Assembly: GCF_001194135.2 (NCBI RefSeq)
Contig: NC_068988.1
Span: forward strand, 95,847,201-95,911,200
DNA: 64,000 nucleotides
Direction: 5' to 3'
From: Octopus bimaculoides
Lineage: Eukaryota
Shown piece by piece: positions 13,620-26,553 of the stretch. The notes under the pieces are model-generated. The model was given only the letters and a program-made list of their open reading frames with translations, was not told where the DNA came from and made no database searches. Numbering within the stretch: the stretch's first letter is position 1; every line of letters begins with the position of its first letter. Both the position numbers and the translations under genes were made by a program.

Positions 13620-14625
13620 GCAGAATTTAACTTTTGTTATGAACGCTTTTTTCAAACTGATTACCACTTTGAGCCAGGAACTGTTCTTAACGCCAAACAA
13701 TGGAATCGCAAACATCAAGAGACACTTTGTTCGGTATTTGTGTGCATTCTGGCTCCTTGGTTACCCTCAATTCGTCGACTGCTCCCAGTTTTGTACAGAA
13801 GACTTTATCTTTGATGTATCCACTTTAAAAATCTAGTCATGTAAAATTCGGTGGTGAATGCAGAGAGTATTCTACTAAAGCTCTTTGTTCAATTCACCTT
13901 TTTAACAAAATATCGTCAATGTAGGACCTTACATTAATATTGCTGGAAGTAAATACTTAACATCTTCAAAGTTCTTTTGAATGGTTGGCATCACAGAGTG
14001 TCACAGCAAGTTCAAGTAAATGGGAGTTATCATAGTGCCGTCAAATAAGAATGGTTAAATTAATCCTTTTGGTGATAAACGGTACAATACTGTTCCTCCG
14101 TAATTTGTGGATCGTTAGAGCTGCAATAGGTGCAATTGTGGCGGCTGAGTCATTTAATTTTACTATAACCTCATCACCCGGAACGATCTTTGTTGTTGTA
14201 AAGTGTGCATCTTATAAACGTCTTGCCAAGTAGCATTCGCAAAACTCTTCGGTCATGGTCATCTTTATTGAGAGCATTGACTATTCTTGGAACGTAACTT
14301 TTCCAATTGTATTGGTTGAAGATTCGAAGAACGCGTAATTTTGAAATTCCTGTCTCACGACTCGCTTGCTGCAGAGATTTTCTAAAGCTCTAGCAAGATG
14401 TTTCTTGCATCCTTTCTTGCTTTGTGAGAATCGCAGAAGTCTGCGATTTTCCAGAACGTTTCTCGAGTAAATTCTCAGTACGTCCGTCTGCTTTAGACTT
14501 CTCTCTAATTCGAATGATGGTCGGCCTCTCTGTTTGAAACTTCCTCTTAAACTGCCTTTGTTCTTCGACTGCATTCTCAAACTTCTAGTAGCACTCTTTG
14601 TTTAAAGCTTTGTGTCTGACTCTCT
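13620..14625 (-). mobile_element. Degenerate Tc1/mariner transposase (DUF4817-type HTH N-terminus, DDD catalytic region), near full length
   Basis: Minus strand, across stops and frameshifts: [117 protein letters not shown]. Confidence 0.88.
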
Positions 14626-14698
14626 TTATTACTTCTAAAAGAAAAGGAAAACTGAGTTACTACTTGTTAAAGTGTGTGTATTCATTTATTTGGAAATC

Positions 14699-14743
<45 letters not shown>

Positions 14744-16555
14744 GGAATTAGTGAAAACCTTAAGGAAATATCAGATAATCTCCAGTAAAAGGTGCCACCG
14801 GGCTGAAAATGGTTAGATTTATCTCGATCTGACCCCAACAACTCCATGTCTGAAGAAATTCGGTCTATTTCTGGTGTACACTAAACACCAATTAAAGGAT
14901 GGTAAAAAAAAAAAAAATTATATTTTGTTTAAATGTGAAGCCAAGTGGAGTAATTTGGAAGGGAATGTGTCTGGGAGACAGAGTTAGCTGTTTGGGTCTG
15001 TTTTTGTGAGATTAACTGAAAAGTATATCATGAGATTTGAAACGGAAGGGGAGCGATTGAAAGAATTATTAAAAATTTTGAAATAACATCAAGTAATGCG
15101 AGAAAATATGACAAATATATAAAATATATAAATACAATAAATTCAAAATACAAACAATATCTCTAAATTTTGAAAATATTAGAATCAAATGAAATCAAAT
15201 TGAAAATGATATTCATAAAAATTTCATCAAAAATATTTGATGACACATAATACAAATTATAGATTTGCTTTCATTTTACCCGAATATGGCGCAATTAATT
15301 TTATATTGGTCTAATACACCAAATGAGACAAATTGCTTCTGTAAAAACAAAAGTGTTTGTTCACTTAATGGGGGATCCGGTCAATGTGTTCGTTTGACGA
15401 AGTGTGGTGAAGGTTTGAAACGTTGTATGATTGTATGTAGTTGACACATTGTGAATTTTTTTCCCTCCGTGGTCTTTAGTTTTTACTGTAATGGCGTTTT
15501 AGCTACATCAAAGGGCGTCACTGACCGCTGCCAAGACAGACTACGGAAAGGCATCGCTCAGACTTTCAAATCTTGGCCTAAATTCACAACAAAAATCAAT
15601 TTGATTGAAGATCAAATTTGACAGTTTGTCGCAAGGAGAGAGAGGGGGGAGTGTGTGTACATGTGTGTGTGTGAGCGGCGAAAGAGGCTGGCGTTTTATT
15701 CAGGTGTAAAAGAGATTTGCCAATCATTCGTTTACTACCATAGAAACCAGAACAGTCGGTTAATCAGATTAAGAATAACATGTATAACTTGGAGCGCTCG
15801 GATGGAGCCATGATGTATGAAAGAAAAGTCTTCGTTGATCCAGTCACTCCCTAATAAAATATATAATGCACAGCGAAATTGGAAGGTATGAAGTCTAGAT
15901 GTTGTCGACGGTATCAGCTGTGAGATTCAAGAGAAAACTATTCGTCAGAGGATTAAAATCGGGTCATGGCTTTGTCTCTTGGTCGTCATCACAATTCCTA
16001 TTCCATGCTTCTGAAAAAAAAAAATCGGTCGCATTGATTAACCAATGATGAGTAATTCTGATGGCTGTCGAAGAAGCAGCTGATTGTTCACTTTGACGAG
16101 AAGCAAAATAAATATTTATTTACGCGCGCGCACACACACACACACACACGTATATATTATGAGATAAATGCTTGTCGTTCATATAATATAAAATAAGACG
16201 AAGCTTATGAAACGAGAATTGAGAGACAAACATTTTTCCAGCTAAGCTAATCGATTTCAACAATGAAAAGAAACGCTGAAAGCACAGCTAAAAAACAATA
16301 ATAAAAATAATAATAATAACCGCTTCTTTATGGCTTCTAATATAGAACTAAATATGATAATAGAAAAAAACAAACGCCATAATGTTGTCATGTGCTTTTA
16401 AATTTTTACATATTCCAAGTTGAAACAATGATAAAAATCTATTATTAAAATACAACAGTGTTAGAAACGTTGGTGTAGTCGATTGTTTTGTTAAATAAAA
16501 AGAAATACCAGTGAGGATTAAGTTAATGGGCTTATCAATATTCTATTTGCTGTTG

Positions 16556-16735
16556 TAAGGTGGTGAGTTGGCAGAATCGTTAGCACACTAGGCAAAAGGC
16601 TTAGCAGTAATTCGTCCATCTTTACATTCTGAGTTCAAATTCAGCCGAGGTCGTCTTTGCCGCTTATCCTTTTGGGCCGATAAAATAAGTACCAGATGAG
16701 CACTGGAATCGTTATAATCGACTGACCCCACTCCC
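16556..16735 (+). mobile_element. tRNA-derived SINE (family called A here)
   Basis: GGTGAGTTGGCAGAATCGTTAGC..TTCTGAGTTCAAATTCAGCCGAGGTCGTCTTTGCC..GATAAAATAAGTACCAG..ATAATCGACT, homologous to 26349-26553. Confidence 0.85.
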
Positions 16736-16794
16736 TCGAGTCAAAATTTGAAGCCACTTTTTTATTTTCTTTTTCACCAAGAGTTTAAATTTTA

Positions 16795-16965
16795 GGTAAG
16801 CTATATATCGATTATATGAATTCAGTGCTTGATCTATATTTTACATTATCTGTCCGAGAAAGATAAAGACAGAATAGAAGTTAGCGTGATTTGAACTCGG
16901 AACTTAAATAAGCCATTAAATATTGCACTATACATTTGTCTGTCATTCTAGCGATTCCATCACTC
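16795..16965 (-). mobile_element. Family A SINE, degenerate, inverted relative to the neighbouring copy
   Basis: Reverse complement contains GAATCGCTAG..GACAAATG..GTTCCGAGTTCAAAT..AAGCACTG..TATAATCGA in family A order. Confidence 0.65.
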
Positions 16966-17944
16966 TTGTGTACCCAACCTCCCCTCATCGCCCAGTGTAT
17001 TACCAAAACTGCTCACGTTTCCCACAACAGAAAACACACACATGGATATCAAATCATTTTATTGACGTCGCTGGTTTGTTTCTCTGAACACAGAACAAAT
17101 GTGATAAAACAGAATTTAACTTTAAAATAGCATTTTTTGTTTGGTGAGTGAGGGAAAAAAATGTGCTGCGATTACTCTGCCTCATTGAAGATAACTAACT
17201 GACTTTTCCCTTCTGGTGCTGATTTCGTAACTATAACTGATATTATTAGAAACGTTTCTTTCAATAGATACACCACATGATCCTATATTTTCAAATTCCA
17301 GCCTAGAGTTTATCCTCCGCAAGAACAATCTATTTGATGATAAAAAACAATATTTGATATTTCAAAACAATTTANNNNNNNNNNNNNNNNNNNNNNNNNN
17401 NNNNNNNNNNNNNNNNNNNNNNNNNNNNNNNNNNNNNNNNNNNNNNNNNNNNNNNNNNNNNNNNNNNNNNNNNNNNNNNNNNNNNNNNNNNNNNNNNNNN
17501 NNNNNNNNNNNNNNNNNNNNNNNNNNNNNNNNNNNNNNNNNNNNNNNNNNNNNNNNNNNNNNNNNNNNNNNNNNNNNNNNNNNNNNNNNNNNNNNNNNNN
17601 NNNNNNNNNNNNNNNNNNNNNNNNNNNNNNNNNNNNNNNNNNNNNNNNNNNNNNNNNNNNNNNNNNNNNNNNNNNNNNNNNNNNNNNNNNNNNNNNNNNN
17701 NNNNNNNNNNNNNNNNNNNNNNNNNNNNNNNNNNNNNNNNNNNNNNNNNNNNNNNNNNNNNNNNNNNNNNNNNNNNNNNNNNNNNNNNNNNNNNNNNNNN
17801 NNNNNNNNNNNNNNNNNNNNNNNNNNNNNNNNNNNNNNNNNNNNNNNNNNNNNNNNNNNNNNNNNNNNNNNNNNNNNNNNNNNNNNNNNNNNNNNNNNNN
17901 NNNNNNNNNNNNNNNNNNNNNNNNNNNNNNNNNNNNNNNNNNNN

Positions 17945-17998
<54 letters not shown>

Positions 17999-18783
17999 TT
18001 GTCTGTAGTTTATAAATGCTTTATTTTTCGCAGAAATCAATGGAAAACTTTGGGCTGTATACATTAAAGAGTACTTACCTGTCTTTTGACATATAAATGG
18101 TTTTAAACCAATTCGAAAGATAACGCACTTTTATCACAGAATATGGCCTTATTGAAAGAAAAACGAAAAGCACGAAGACAAACATACAAAAATCTAAAAT
18201 CATACTCTGTATGTTTGGTATATTATTATATATATTTTCTATCATGCTAACAATGAAATAGCAAAGCGTCTCTCGATCACCATCATTATTATTTTTTACT
18301 ATTTATAACATTAATGCTGGATGAGTATTTATTAACCAGAGTGTTACATTTTTCTGCATACACATTGATATATGATGCAGTTCTTTTTTGATATTATGTT
18401 TCTCCGGAACATAAATCAATAACGATGAGACGTTAATTCTGTGGGTGGGAAAATAAATGGATAAATTCGCCAACCCACCCAGATATTTCACCAGTGTTCT
18501 TGTCACAGTTACAATGTGTCTATTTACTTCTTTGAAGAATTGAAAACCATATAGACATATTTTTCGCTTTTTTTTTAATCTTAATTATAACTTTACTAGA
18601 GATTGTGGTTTAAACACTATTTACATAACAGATTTACTTTGAACTAACATAAAATTAACCCACGTCAATTAATATGAAGAACTATAAAGGTTTCAGTCAG
18701 ATTTAACGGATAAAATATTTAATCAGAAGAAATTGAGAAAGCATTTATTTAGTCGTAAATAAAGCGGCAAATTAATATTGTAC

Positions 18784-19052
18784 CAGAAGGTAATTTAGGT
18801 TGGAGTACAAACATGGAGGTAATTTAACTTTTAATACACGAGAAAACAATTTTGTCTGTAATTTAGAAGGCAATTTAGCTCGCAGTACACGAGAAGGCAA
18901 GTTATGTATTCGAGAAGGCAAGTTATGCATGCAGTAAATGAGAAGGCAATTTAGCTAGTTTTTACAAAAGAAGGCAATTTAGACAGTTATACCTCAGGAA
19001 GTAATTCAGTTTGTAGTAGACGAGAAGACAATTTAGATTGTAGCAGACTAAG
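18784..19052. repeat. Degenerate ~27-28-bp minisatellite, core GAAGGCAATTTAG
   Basis: About 10 units, e.g. GAAGGCAATTTAGCTCGCAGTACACGA, GAAGGCAATTTAGACAGTTATACCTCA, GAAGACAATTTAGATTGTAGCAGACTA. Confidence 0.85.
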
Positions 19053-19087
19053 AAAATGTTACAACTAAAAGTGACCGAACTGGTGCT

Positions 19088-19600
19088 GTAGGAAAGTCAT
19101 TGGACAGATATCACAGCGAAGGTATTAGTTGTAAAACATTAGATAGATGTCGTAGTGAAGTTATTTGCTAGATATCGTTGTGACGATATTAGATAGAAGT
19201 CATAGGAAAGGCGTTACAAACTTATCATTGCGAAGGTATTACACAGGTATCAGAGGTGAGGTTGGCATTAGTCATATGTGACAGCGAAAGCACTCGGTAC
19301 GTGTAATAGTGAAGGCATCAGGCAGATATCACAGAGAAGGTATAACGTAAATGTCTTAAAAAAGAGATTAGACATACGTCATAATGAAAGTATCGTACAG
19401 ATATCCTTGGAAAAACATTGATAGGTCACAAGAAAGACATTTATAGATGTCATGATGCAGACATTAAGGATATCAATTGTGAAATCATTAGAAATACCAC
19501 AATGAAAACATGAGATTTTTGTCTTAGTGAAAATATTAACCAGATATCATAGCGATAACACTAACTAAATATCGTAAGGAAGGCGTCTGATAAATATCAA
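19088..19600. repeat. Highly degenerate ~25-bp minisatellite, consensus near GACAGATATCATAGTGAAGGCATTA
   Basis: About 20 units in register, e.g. GACAGATATCACAGCGAAGGTATTA, GATAGATGTCGTAGTGAAGTTATTT, GGCAGATATCACAGAGAAGGTATAA. Confidence 0.8.
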
Positions 19601-20000
19601 ATGGAGATCACTGGGCGGAAACAAATAAAACAGCATGAAACAGAGTTTTCAAAACCATGAAGTACCCGCTATAAAAGTTTATATACCGACTCACCGTGGA
19701 CTAAATCTTGAAAGGAACAGCATTTCTACTTTTGCATTCATTGTACGAAGACGATCTGTCGCCAAAGGATTTAGATAAATTCCCTGAATACGCTAAACCG
19801 AATAAGTATGTGTTGATAATGAAATTATCTTCACGGGCGCAAAACAATGAAAAACATTACAAACTAACAGGTTTTTATTGATAATAAAACAAATATTTTT
19901 GCAGGTTTGTCTGAGAAATACGAATAGTATCTGAATAAGTGGCTCAGCGGTAGCTCAGTGGTGCCTGAGTAGTGGCTCAGAGGTGGCTCAGTAAATCAGC

Positions 20001-20140
20001 GGTTCGGCAAAAGATACCGATAGAGTAAGTATCAGGCTTTAAAAATAGGCACTGAGGTCTATTTGTTCGATTAAGAAAAACCTTCAAGGCGGTGACCCAG
20101 CATGGCCACAGTTCAATGAGTGGAACAAATAGAAGATAAA
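20001..20140 (+). mobile_element. SINE 3' portion
   Basis: CGGCAAAAGATACCGATAGAGTAAGTA..TTGTTCGATT..AAGGCGGTGACCCAGCATGGCCACAG with an AGATAAAAGAT-type tail; recognised as a common octopus repeat. Confidence 0.55.
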
Positions 20141-20302
20141 AGATAGAAAATAAGTCGACTCAATCAGGGCTGACTTGCTACTAAAAGACAACGGTGACGA
20201 TTGCGGGACTTTGACGCAACGCAAACATCGCTCGCTAAAGTTGTTCTATAACCTTGCAGGAATACAGTCATTCGTTTCATTATTATCATTCGGGTTTATA
20301 GA

Positions 20303-20460
20303 TTACAAATTTGGTAGAATGGTAAAGAAAGTGCATTGTGTTATATAAATGTAACTTGTTTTACGATCTGAGTTCAAACTCCGCCGAAGTTGACTTTGTC
20401 ATTCCTCCTTCCGGGATCGGTAAAACAAGTACTATTTAAGTCATGAGCTCCGTATAACGA
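20303..20460 (+). mobile_element. Family A SINE, degenerate
   Basis: TCTGAGTTCAAACTCCGCCGAAGTTGACTTTGTCATTCCTCCTTCCGGGATCGGTAAAACAAGTAC matches 26410-26475. Confidence 0.75.
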
Positions 20461-22864
20461 ACTGTTTCTATTACAAAAATTGTTCTGACATCAGTTTATA
20501 CATCATTCATACACTTACTTATTATATATGCCATTTATACACTCTCTCTGCGTCAAATGATACAAATATACCATTTATACACTCTCTCTGCGTCTTTCTA
20601 TACAAGAAAACCTCACAAACATTCCACTTCAGCTTTTCCGAACTTGTAACTGCTTTGCTTTCATTTCTCCCTGACGTCAATTAATGCAGTTAACTTTTCC
20701 GTTTCTGCCGCCCTCATTGTGTCATACACTGTATGTCACAATCGAGAAACGAATGTATTCTTGTCTGTTTGTTATTGGTTGGACACTCATCTCACTGACA
20801 GATGTTAATTGGTTGAAGCGAAGACCATAATTATCAAGAATGAGCCTCGAAAGAATCCAAAGTTCCTCTCTTCGAAAAAGTAACATTGCTATTGTTTCCA
20901 AAGTTCATTCTTCTCCAGTTTTGTAATCTATACACAATTTAAATTCCTTTTCAAACGCCATACAAAAGACGCCAGTTCTCACCAGACCGATTCCTTCATA
21001 TGAATTCGATTCCTGGTTTATCTGCTCCATTAACGTCAAATTTTCCTGGGGGAAAGCTTCTCTGCTTCACCAATTAACTGTTGGGGATGTACAAGTGTGT
21101 TGTATTGGGTTTGCGGCTTGGGTGCAGCTCGTAGAGAGCGTCTTAGATGCTTTGTGTTATCAAGTACTTCACAGCGTTTAAACATTCGTTTCTTGTCTCT
21201 TACATCTACTTATGATAATGCACTTTGAAAAAGTAGAAACGTCACACAACATTATTTCTGTTTCAGAATCATTAATTAGGGGCTGAATTAAAATTACGTT
21301 TTATATAAATGAGTTGGAGACAGAAAGATACTAGTCTTTAAAGATTATAATTTAGATAATATGATTAAGTATGTTGATTCTTAGATCTGATGGGAAAGCA
21401 TTTTCTCCCTAAACAGAGCCGTAGAGAGAAAACTGAAAGTACTTGGCGTGTCAATTTTATTTCAACGACCAGTCAGCATAGATGGGAATTCTGACTATTA
21501 AGGCATGTACATGAGAAACACTCATTTAAAGATCAGGAAATAACTTTCTCTCTCATACTTGACAGAATTTCAAAGGAATTCTGAGTACAATGAAACAACC
21601 TCTCAATTTTCATTCAAATCTTATAGAAAGCCAGTCTTATTTCCGAAGAACACACTTTCTTCTGCCCAAACAGAAACACTACTTAACGTATTTCCTTCTT
21701 TTTATGTTCTACAGCGATTTGCTGATCACATTCAAATGTTTACTCCGTCAAATTCCCGATCTTTTACAAACATTGTTGAAACACGTCTTCTAGTTTTCAT
21801 TTGCTATTTTCTCTGTTATATGTTCTTATCACCAGAAATGCTTCTTAAACATTATATTTTAAACAATTTTCACGTTCTTGCTCCTATCTACATCAACAAT
21901 TTTTTTTTAGCCATTAAAACATCATAGACAATCAAACCTTAAAATCGATTTTCCCTCCCATGACCTATAACATTTAAAATATCGAATTTATTTACCAAGA
22001 ATTCTTTATTTTGCATAAATAACGACCGAAGAAAATGTTAAAATATTCGGTTGAGAAAAACTACTTATGAACTCTCCACCATAGAATGATTCCGATATTT
22101 TCAAGAAAATTAAAGGTAACTCATTTCCCATACATAGAAGTTAATACCATTGCTATTAATTCGCTAAAAAAAGAAACTAAATGACAATATTTGTACTTTC
22201 AGGAAATTACTCCGCTTATAAACCTTCTAAAAAGTTATAGCTTATATTTATGGAAGTAATGCAAAATGGATTAATTTTAATTCTCGTTAGCTTCTTTCTT
22301 TTTTTGTTTTGTTTTTTGTTTTTTTTCAAACTTTCTTGTAAAATGTTTACAGAAAATCCATTGTTAGTTCGTTTACTGGGAATAAACGTTTGAGTGTCTA
22401 ATTTTTAATTCAGTTTAACTCTTTTACCGTATTTCGTTTAGAAGAAAAGGATAGATAGTTCTTTTAATTATCCCCTGAATTAGGACAGTATTTAAGACAC
22501 TTGTGATTCAGGCAGCATTTTTTTTTTTTTACTTTCTTTAATTTCAGAATTCTGAGTTTCTGTTTATAATCTAAACAGCAGCTTGTTTGTTTAAGAACTG
22601 GCTACTGCGTGAAACTCCATGTTCAATACACCTGGGTATCAGTGCATTGATAGAAATCAAAAATAGAGAGGTTTTACACGCATTTCCAAACAAGCGATCA
22701 TCTTATTGCTTCGCTCATTTGATGGTAATCTTTTGTAAAGAGTATCCAACTTTGAAAATAAACTGGTATTCTCTTTGTCCTTGGCGATTTCATTTGCTAT
22801 AAATTGATATACTTAGTATGACAGAATTATTTCAGGTTGCTTAGAATTAATATTCATTTTCAGA

Positions 22865-22922
<58 letters not shown>

Positions 22923-23356
22923 TGAAATCACTAAGGACTAAAAGAATACCAGTTAATTTACAAAATTGGATACACTTTACAAAAAGATTACAACAACAAC
23001 AACAACAATAATAATAATAATAATAATTATTATTATTATTATTATTATTATTGTTGCTCTTGTTGTTCTTGTTCTCTCGTAATTCTATATTTTCTTGTAA
23101 TTGTTCTGTCTTCGTTTAAATACGTAACAAACGAAAATGTGGAAGCGAAGAATGTTTAACATTTCAAATGAATTTATTCCAATTTTATCTCTGATGTTCT
23201 GAAAAAATATTGATCATTCAAGGACTTCGATGCGATTTGATGTATTTTTGTGATTTTGTGTTGCACGGTTCCCATGTTGTTATATTGCCATATTGAACGA
23301 TGTTGATAACGACAAAATTTAATACTGACTATGATGATGATGATGATGATATAAAT

Positions 23357-23670
23357 GAAGACATGACAGAATTGGCCAACATTTACACTGGTTAATACGT
23401 CGGCATTATAAAATCAAAACTGTTGACAAGCGGTATAAGCATTACCCTAAAGCCGTAACTGCGGGAGTAAATGTTTCTTTGGGACTTTCCAGTTACGTAC
23501 AGACAAAACCATCAAAGTTAATAAACCGGATATTGTTGTGAAAGACGAAAACAGTAAAGTTTGTTTATTGATTGACTTGAGCATGCCTTATGATTATAAT
23601 ATCTGGGCAAAACAATTTGACCAGCTCTGAAAATATAAAGATTTACTCATTGAAATCGAAAATATGACAT
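23357..23670 (+). mobile_element. RLE-type non-LTR retrotransposon (R4/Dong- or NeSL-like) endonuclease fragment
   Basis: Plus strand reads RHDRIGQHLHWLIRRHYKIK..WDFP..NKPDIVVKDENSKVCLLIDLSMPYDYNI..KYKDLLIEIENM, containing the RH motif and the PD..D-type nuclease motif. Confidence 0.85.
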
Positions 23671-23733
23671 CTAGAGGCGGTTACAATGCAAGAGATTGTA
23701 AGGGAATGATGGTGATCCCGAGATTAACGTCCC

Positions 23734-23799
<66 letters not shown>

Positions 23800-23819
23800 T
23801 AATAATAATAATAATAATA

Positions 23820-23883
23820 ATACTGAAAGACTTCAGACAAAAATCATGCCTCCTCATTGATATGACTGTCCCAATTGATATAA
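23820..23883 (+). mobile_element. Second RLE LINE endonuclease fragment, running into a gap
   Basis: ILKDFRQKSCLLIDMTVPIDI parallels VKDENSKVCLLIDLSMPYD upstream and begins directly after an (AAT)n tract. Confidence 0.75.
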
Positions 23884-25733
23884 NNNNNNNNNNNNNNNNN
23901 NNNNNNNNNNNNNNNNNNNNNNNNNNNNNNNNNNNNNNNNNNNNNNNNNNNNNNNNNNNNNNNNNNNNNNNNNNNNNNNNNNNNNNNNNNNNNNNNNNNN
24001 NNNNNNNNNNNNNNNNNNNNNNNNNNNNNNNNNNNNNNNNNNNNNNNNNNNNNNNNNNNNNNNNNNNNNNNNNNNNNNNNNNNNNNNNNNNNNNNNNNNN
24101 NNNNNNNNNNNNNNNNNNNNNNNNNNNNNNNNNNNNNNNNNNNNNNNNNNNNNNNNNNNNNNNNNNNNNNNNNNNNNNNNNNNNNNNNNNNNNNNNNNNN
24201 NNNNNNNNNNNNNNNNNNNNNNNNNNNNNNNNNNNNNNNNNNNNNNNNNNNNNNNNNNNNNNNNNNNNNNNNNNNNNNNNNNNNNNNNNNNNNNNNNNNN
24301 NNNNNNNNNNNNNNNNNNNNNNNNNNNNNNNNNNNNNNNNNNNNNNNNNNNNNNNNNNNNNNNNNNNNNNNNNNNNNNNNNNNNNNNNNNNNNNNNNNNN
24401 NNNNNNNNNNNNNNNNNNNNNNNNNNNNNNNNNNNNNNNNNNNNNNNNNNNNNNNNNNNNNNNNNNNNNNNNNNNNNNNNNNNNNNNNNNNNNNNNNNNN
24501 NNNNNNNNNNNNNNNNNNNNNNNNNNNNNNNNNNNNNNNNNNNNNNNNNNAATGGTTCGCATCGGTTTGCGGTGGAGCAGATTCTCGCCTTGAGCAACAG
24601 GTGTAAAACCACCAACAGCCATCTCAGATTACCTTTCAAGTAGACTGGAGCATCATTTTTAGCCCTCTGGCAACCACTTCTTATGATCCAATTTGCCTTC
24701 TCATTTTAAAAAAAGTAGGGTGTCATCTGAGAGCGGTTTTTTTGGGGGGAGGGGGCTTGCTTCCTTTTTTTTTTTGGTAGATCCACATTTTGCACGGATC
24801 TTTAGACTTTGTCAAATCGAGTGAGAATAATTCCAAGTGTCGGGATTTATTTAGTTTTATGCCGAACGATGACATCCAATACCCACAATCTTCACCAGCA
24901 CTGTTTAAATCTATATAGAAAGTTTCGGCTATGATTTGTCTGATATTTCTAACAATAAAGATATTTAATCTCATTCTAAAGAGTCTAATATTGGAAGATA
25001 GAAGAAGGAACAGAGACGTAGAGAGTGAAATTAGTTACAGTATGGAAATATCGACTTTTGTTGTCATTAATCTTGAAATGTAAGCTTGATGCCACTTTCA
25101 CTTAGCATCGCTTTACGGTCGACGTTAATATAAATATCGGGAATGATTCTAAAGTGGAACGGAGTGAAGAATCAGCTTGTAGTCCTCTTTTCTTATTGAG
25201 AAAGTCTTTATTTCTCACATTCACATACAAATATAGATATATACGATCGTATGTTGGCTAACGCATACGTTTGCAAATAGATATATGTATACACCTGTAT
25301 ATGTACACATACTTACACACATATATGCGTGGGGGGGGGGGTTAAATGCACCCACCAGCAGAGCATTGTCATAATATATGTCGATATATTAGCCACACAC
25401 AATCTGCTCGTCGTTACAACGCTTTTGTTCCTAGTTATTGACAATACATTTCTGATTTTCAGTGCGAAAGCAGAAATGGCGGGCTCAAATATAGACCACG
25501 GCTAACTCTGAGTTTCACCTTTACAAGCTGATTACAATGTGTAAAACGGAGTTTAAAAAGTATTAACATTACATTGAAATACGTAATGGATCGTGAGGAT
25601 GTATATGTAGAGTTCTAATGGAATGGAAAGCTATTTAGAAAAGTATTTAGCTGGATATGTAGAGAGTCATACAGATAAGTTGCTTAAAGAGAGGAATAAT
25701 AACATGAAACATAATAGGGGAGCGTTGTGTGTG

Positions 25734-25774
<41 letters not shown>

Positions 25775-26348
25775 GTGTGTGTGTGTGTGTGCGTGTGATG
25801 GTAAGATGGAAATAAATAATGATGCATGGTAAAAAAATACATGGGTATACAGGTGTTTGTGGTGAATAATTGTATGTTCCTGTTATACAGATATTGGTGT
25901 AGCTCTTCAAAATGTGTGCATCTGTTTATGTGGTGCGTCACAGCTTATCAGAGCGCAAGAGACGAGTTAAACTATGACAGTATAATAAAATATCTTACGT
26001 TGAAGACAGAGATGTAAGTGGATATTAAGTTCGAAGTTTTTAGTTAGGAATAAAGTTTATCAATAGAGATTTTAACAAAAGAATGAAGTATGTGAGAACG
26101 ACTCGTTGATATTAAACTGTGTATTAAGTCTTTTCTGTTGCATAGTGAACCAATATTTCTCGAAAGGTCTCTACTTATCAGAAGATATCTGAGATAACAT
26201 TTGAATAGTCAGCAGATATACCGAGCTTCAAAAGTATGAGACTTCGCTCAGTCGTATATAATTCACAAGTTTTAACTCGATTTCTGACAAGGTTTATTTT
26301 CCATAAATATTTTCTTTTTTGTTGCAGTCGCCAATCTGGAATATGAAA

Positions 26349-26553
26349 CTGGCAGAAACGTTAGCACGCCGGGCGAAATGCTTAGCGGTATTTCGTCTGT
26401 CGTTACGTTCTGAGTTCAAATTCTGCCAAGGTCAACTTTGCCTTTCATCCTTTCGGGGTCGATTAAATAAGTACCAGTTATGCACTGGGGTCGATGTGAT
26501 CGACTTAATCCCTTTTTCTGTCCTTGTTTAGCCCTCTGCGGGCAATAAAGAAA
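26349..26553 (+). mobile_element. Family A tRNA-derived SINE, best-preserved copy
   Basis: CTGGCAGAAACGTTAGCACGCCGGGCGAAATGCTTAGCGG..GAGTTCAAATTC (B-box-like)..GGGGTCGATTAAATAAGTACCAG..GGGCAATAAAGAAATA; several homologues in the window. Confidence 0.88.

Noticed and set aside
14755-14820. AATCT..CAGTAAAAGG..CTGAAA..AGATT resembling the variant hammerhead
   Set aside because: Two core mismatches, no palindromic stem III and a poor stem II.
18784-19600. CRISPR-like or coding interpretation of the repeat-spacer arrays
   Set aside because: Units are 25-28 bp in total, degenerate, with no cas genes in a eukaryotic context; frames contain stops.
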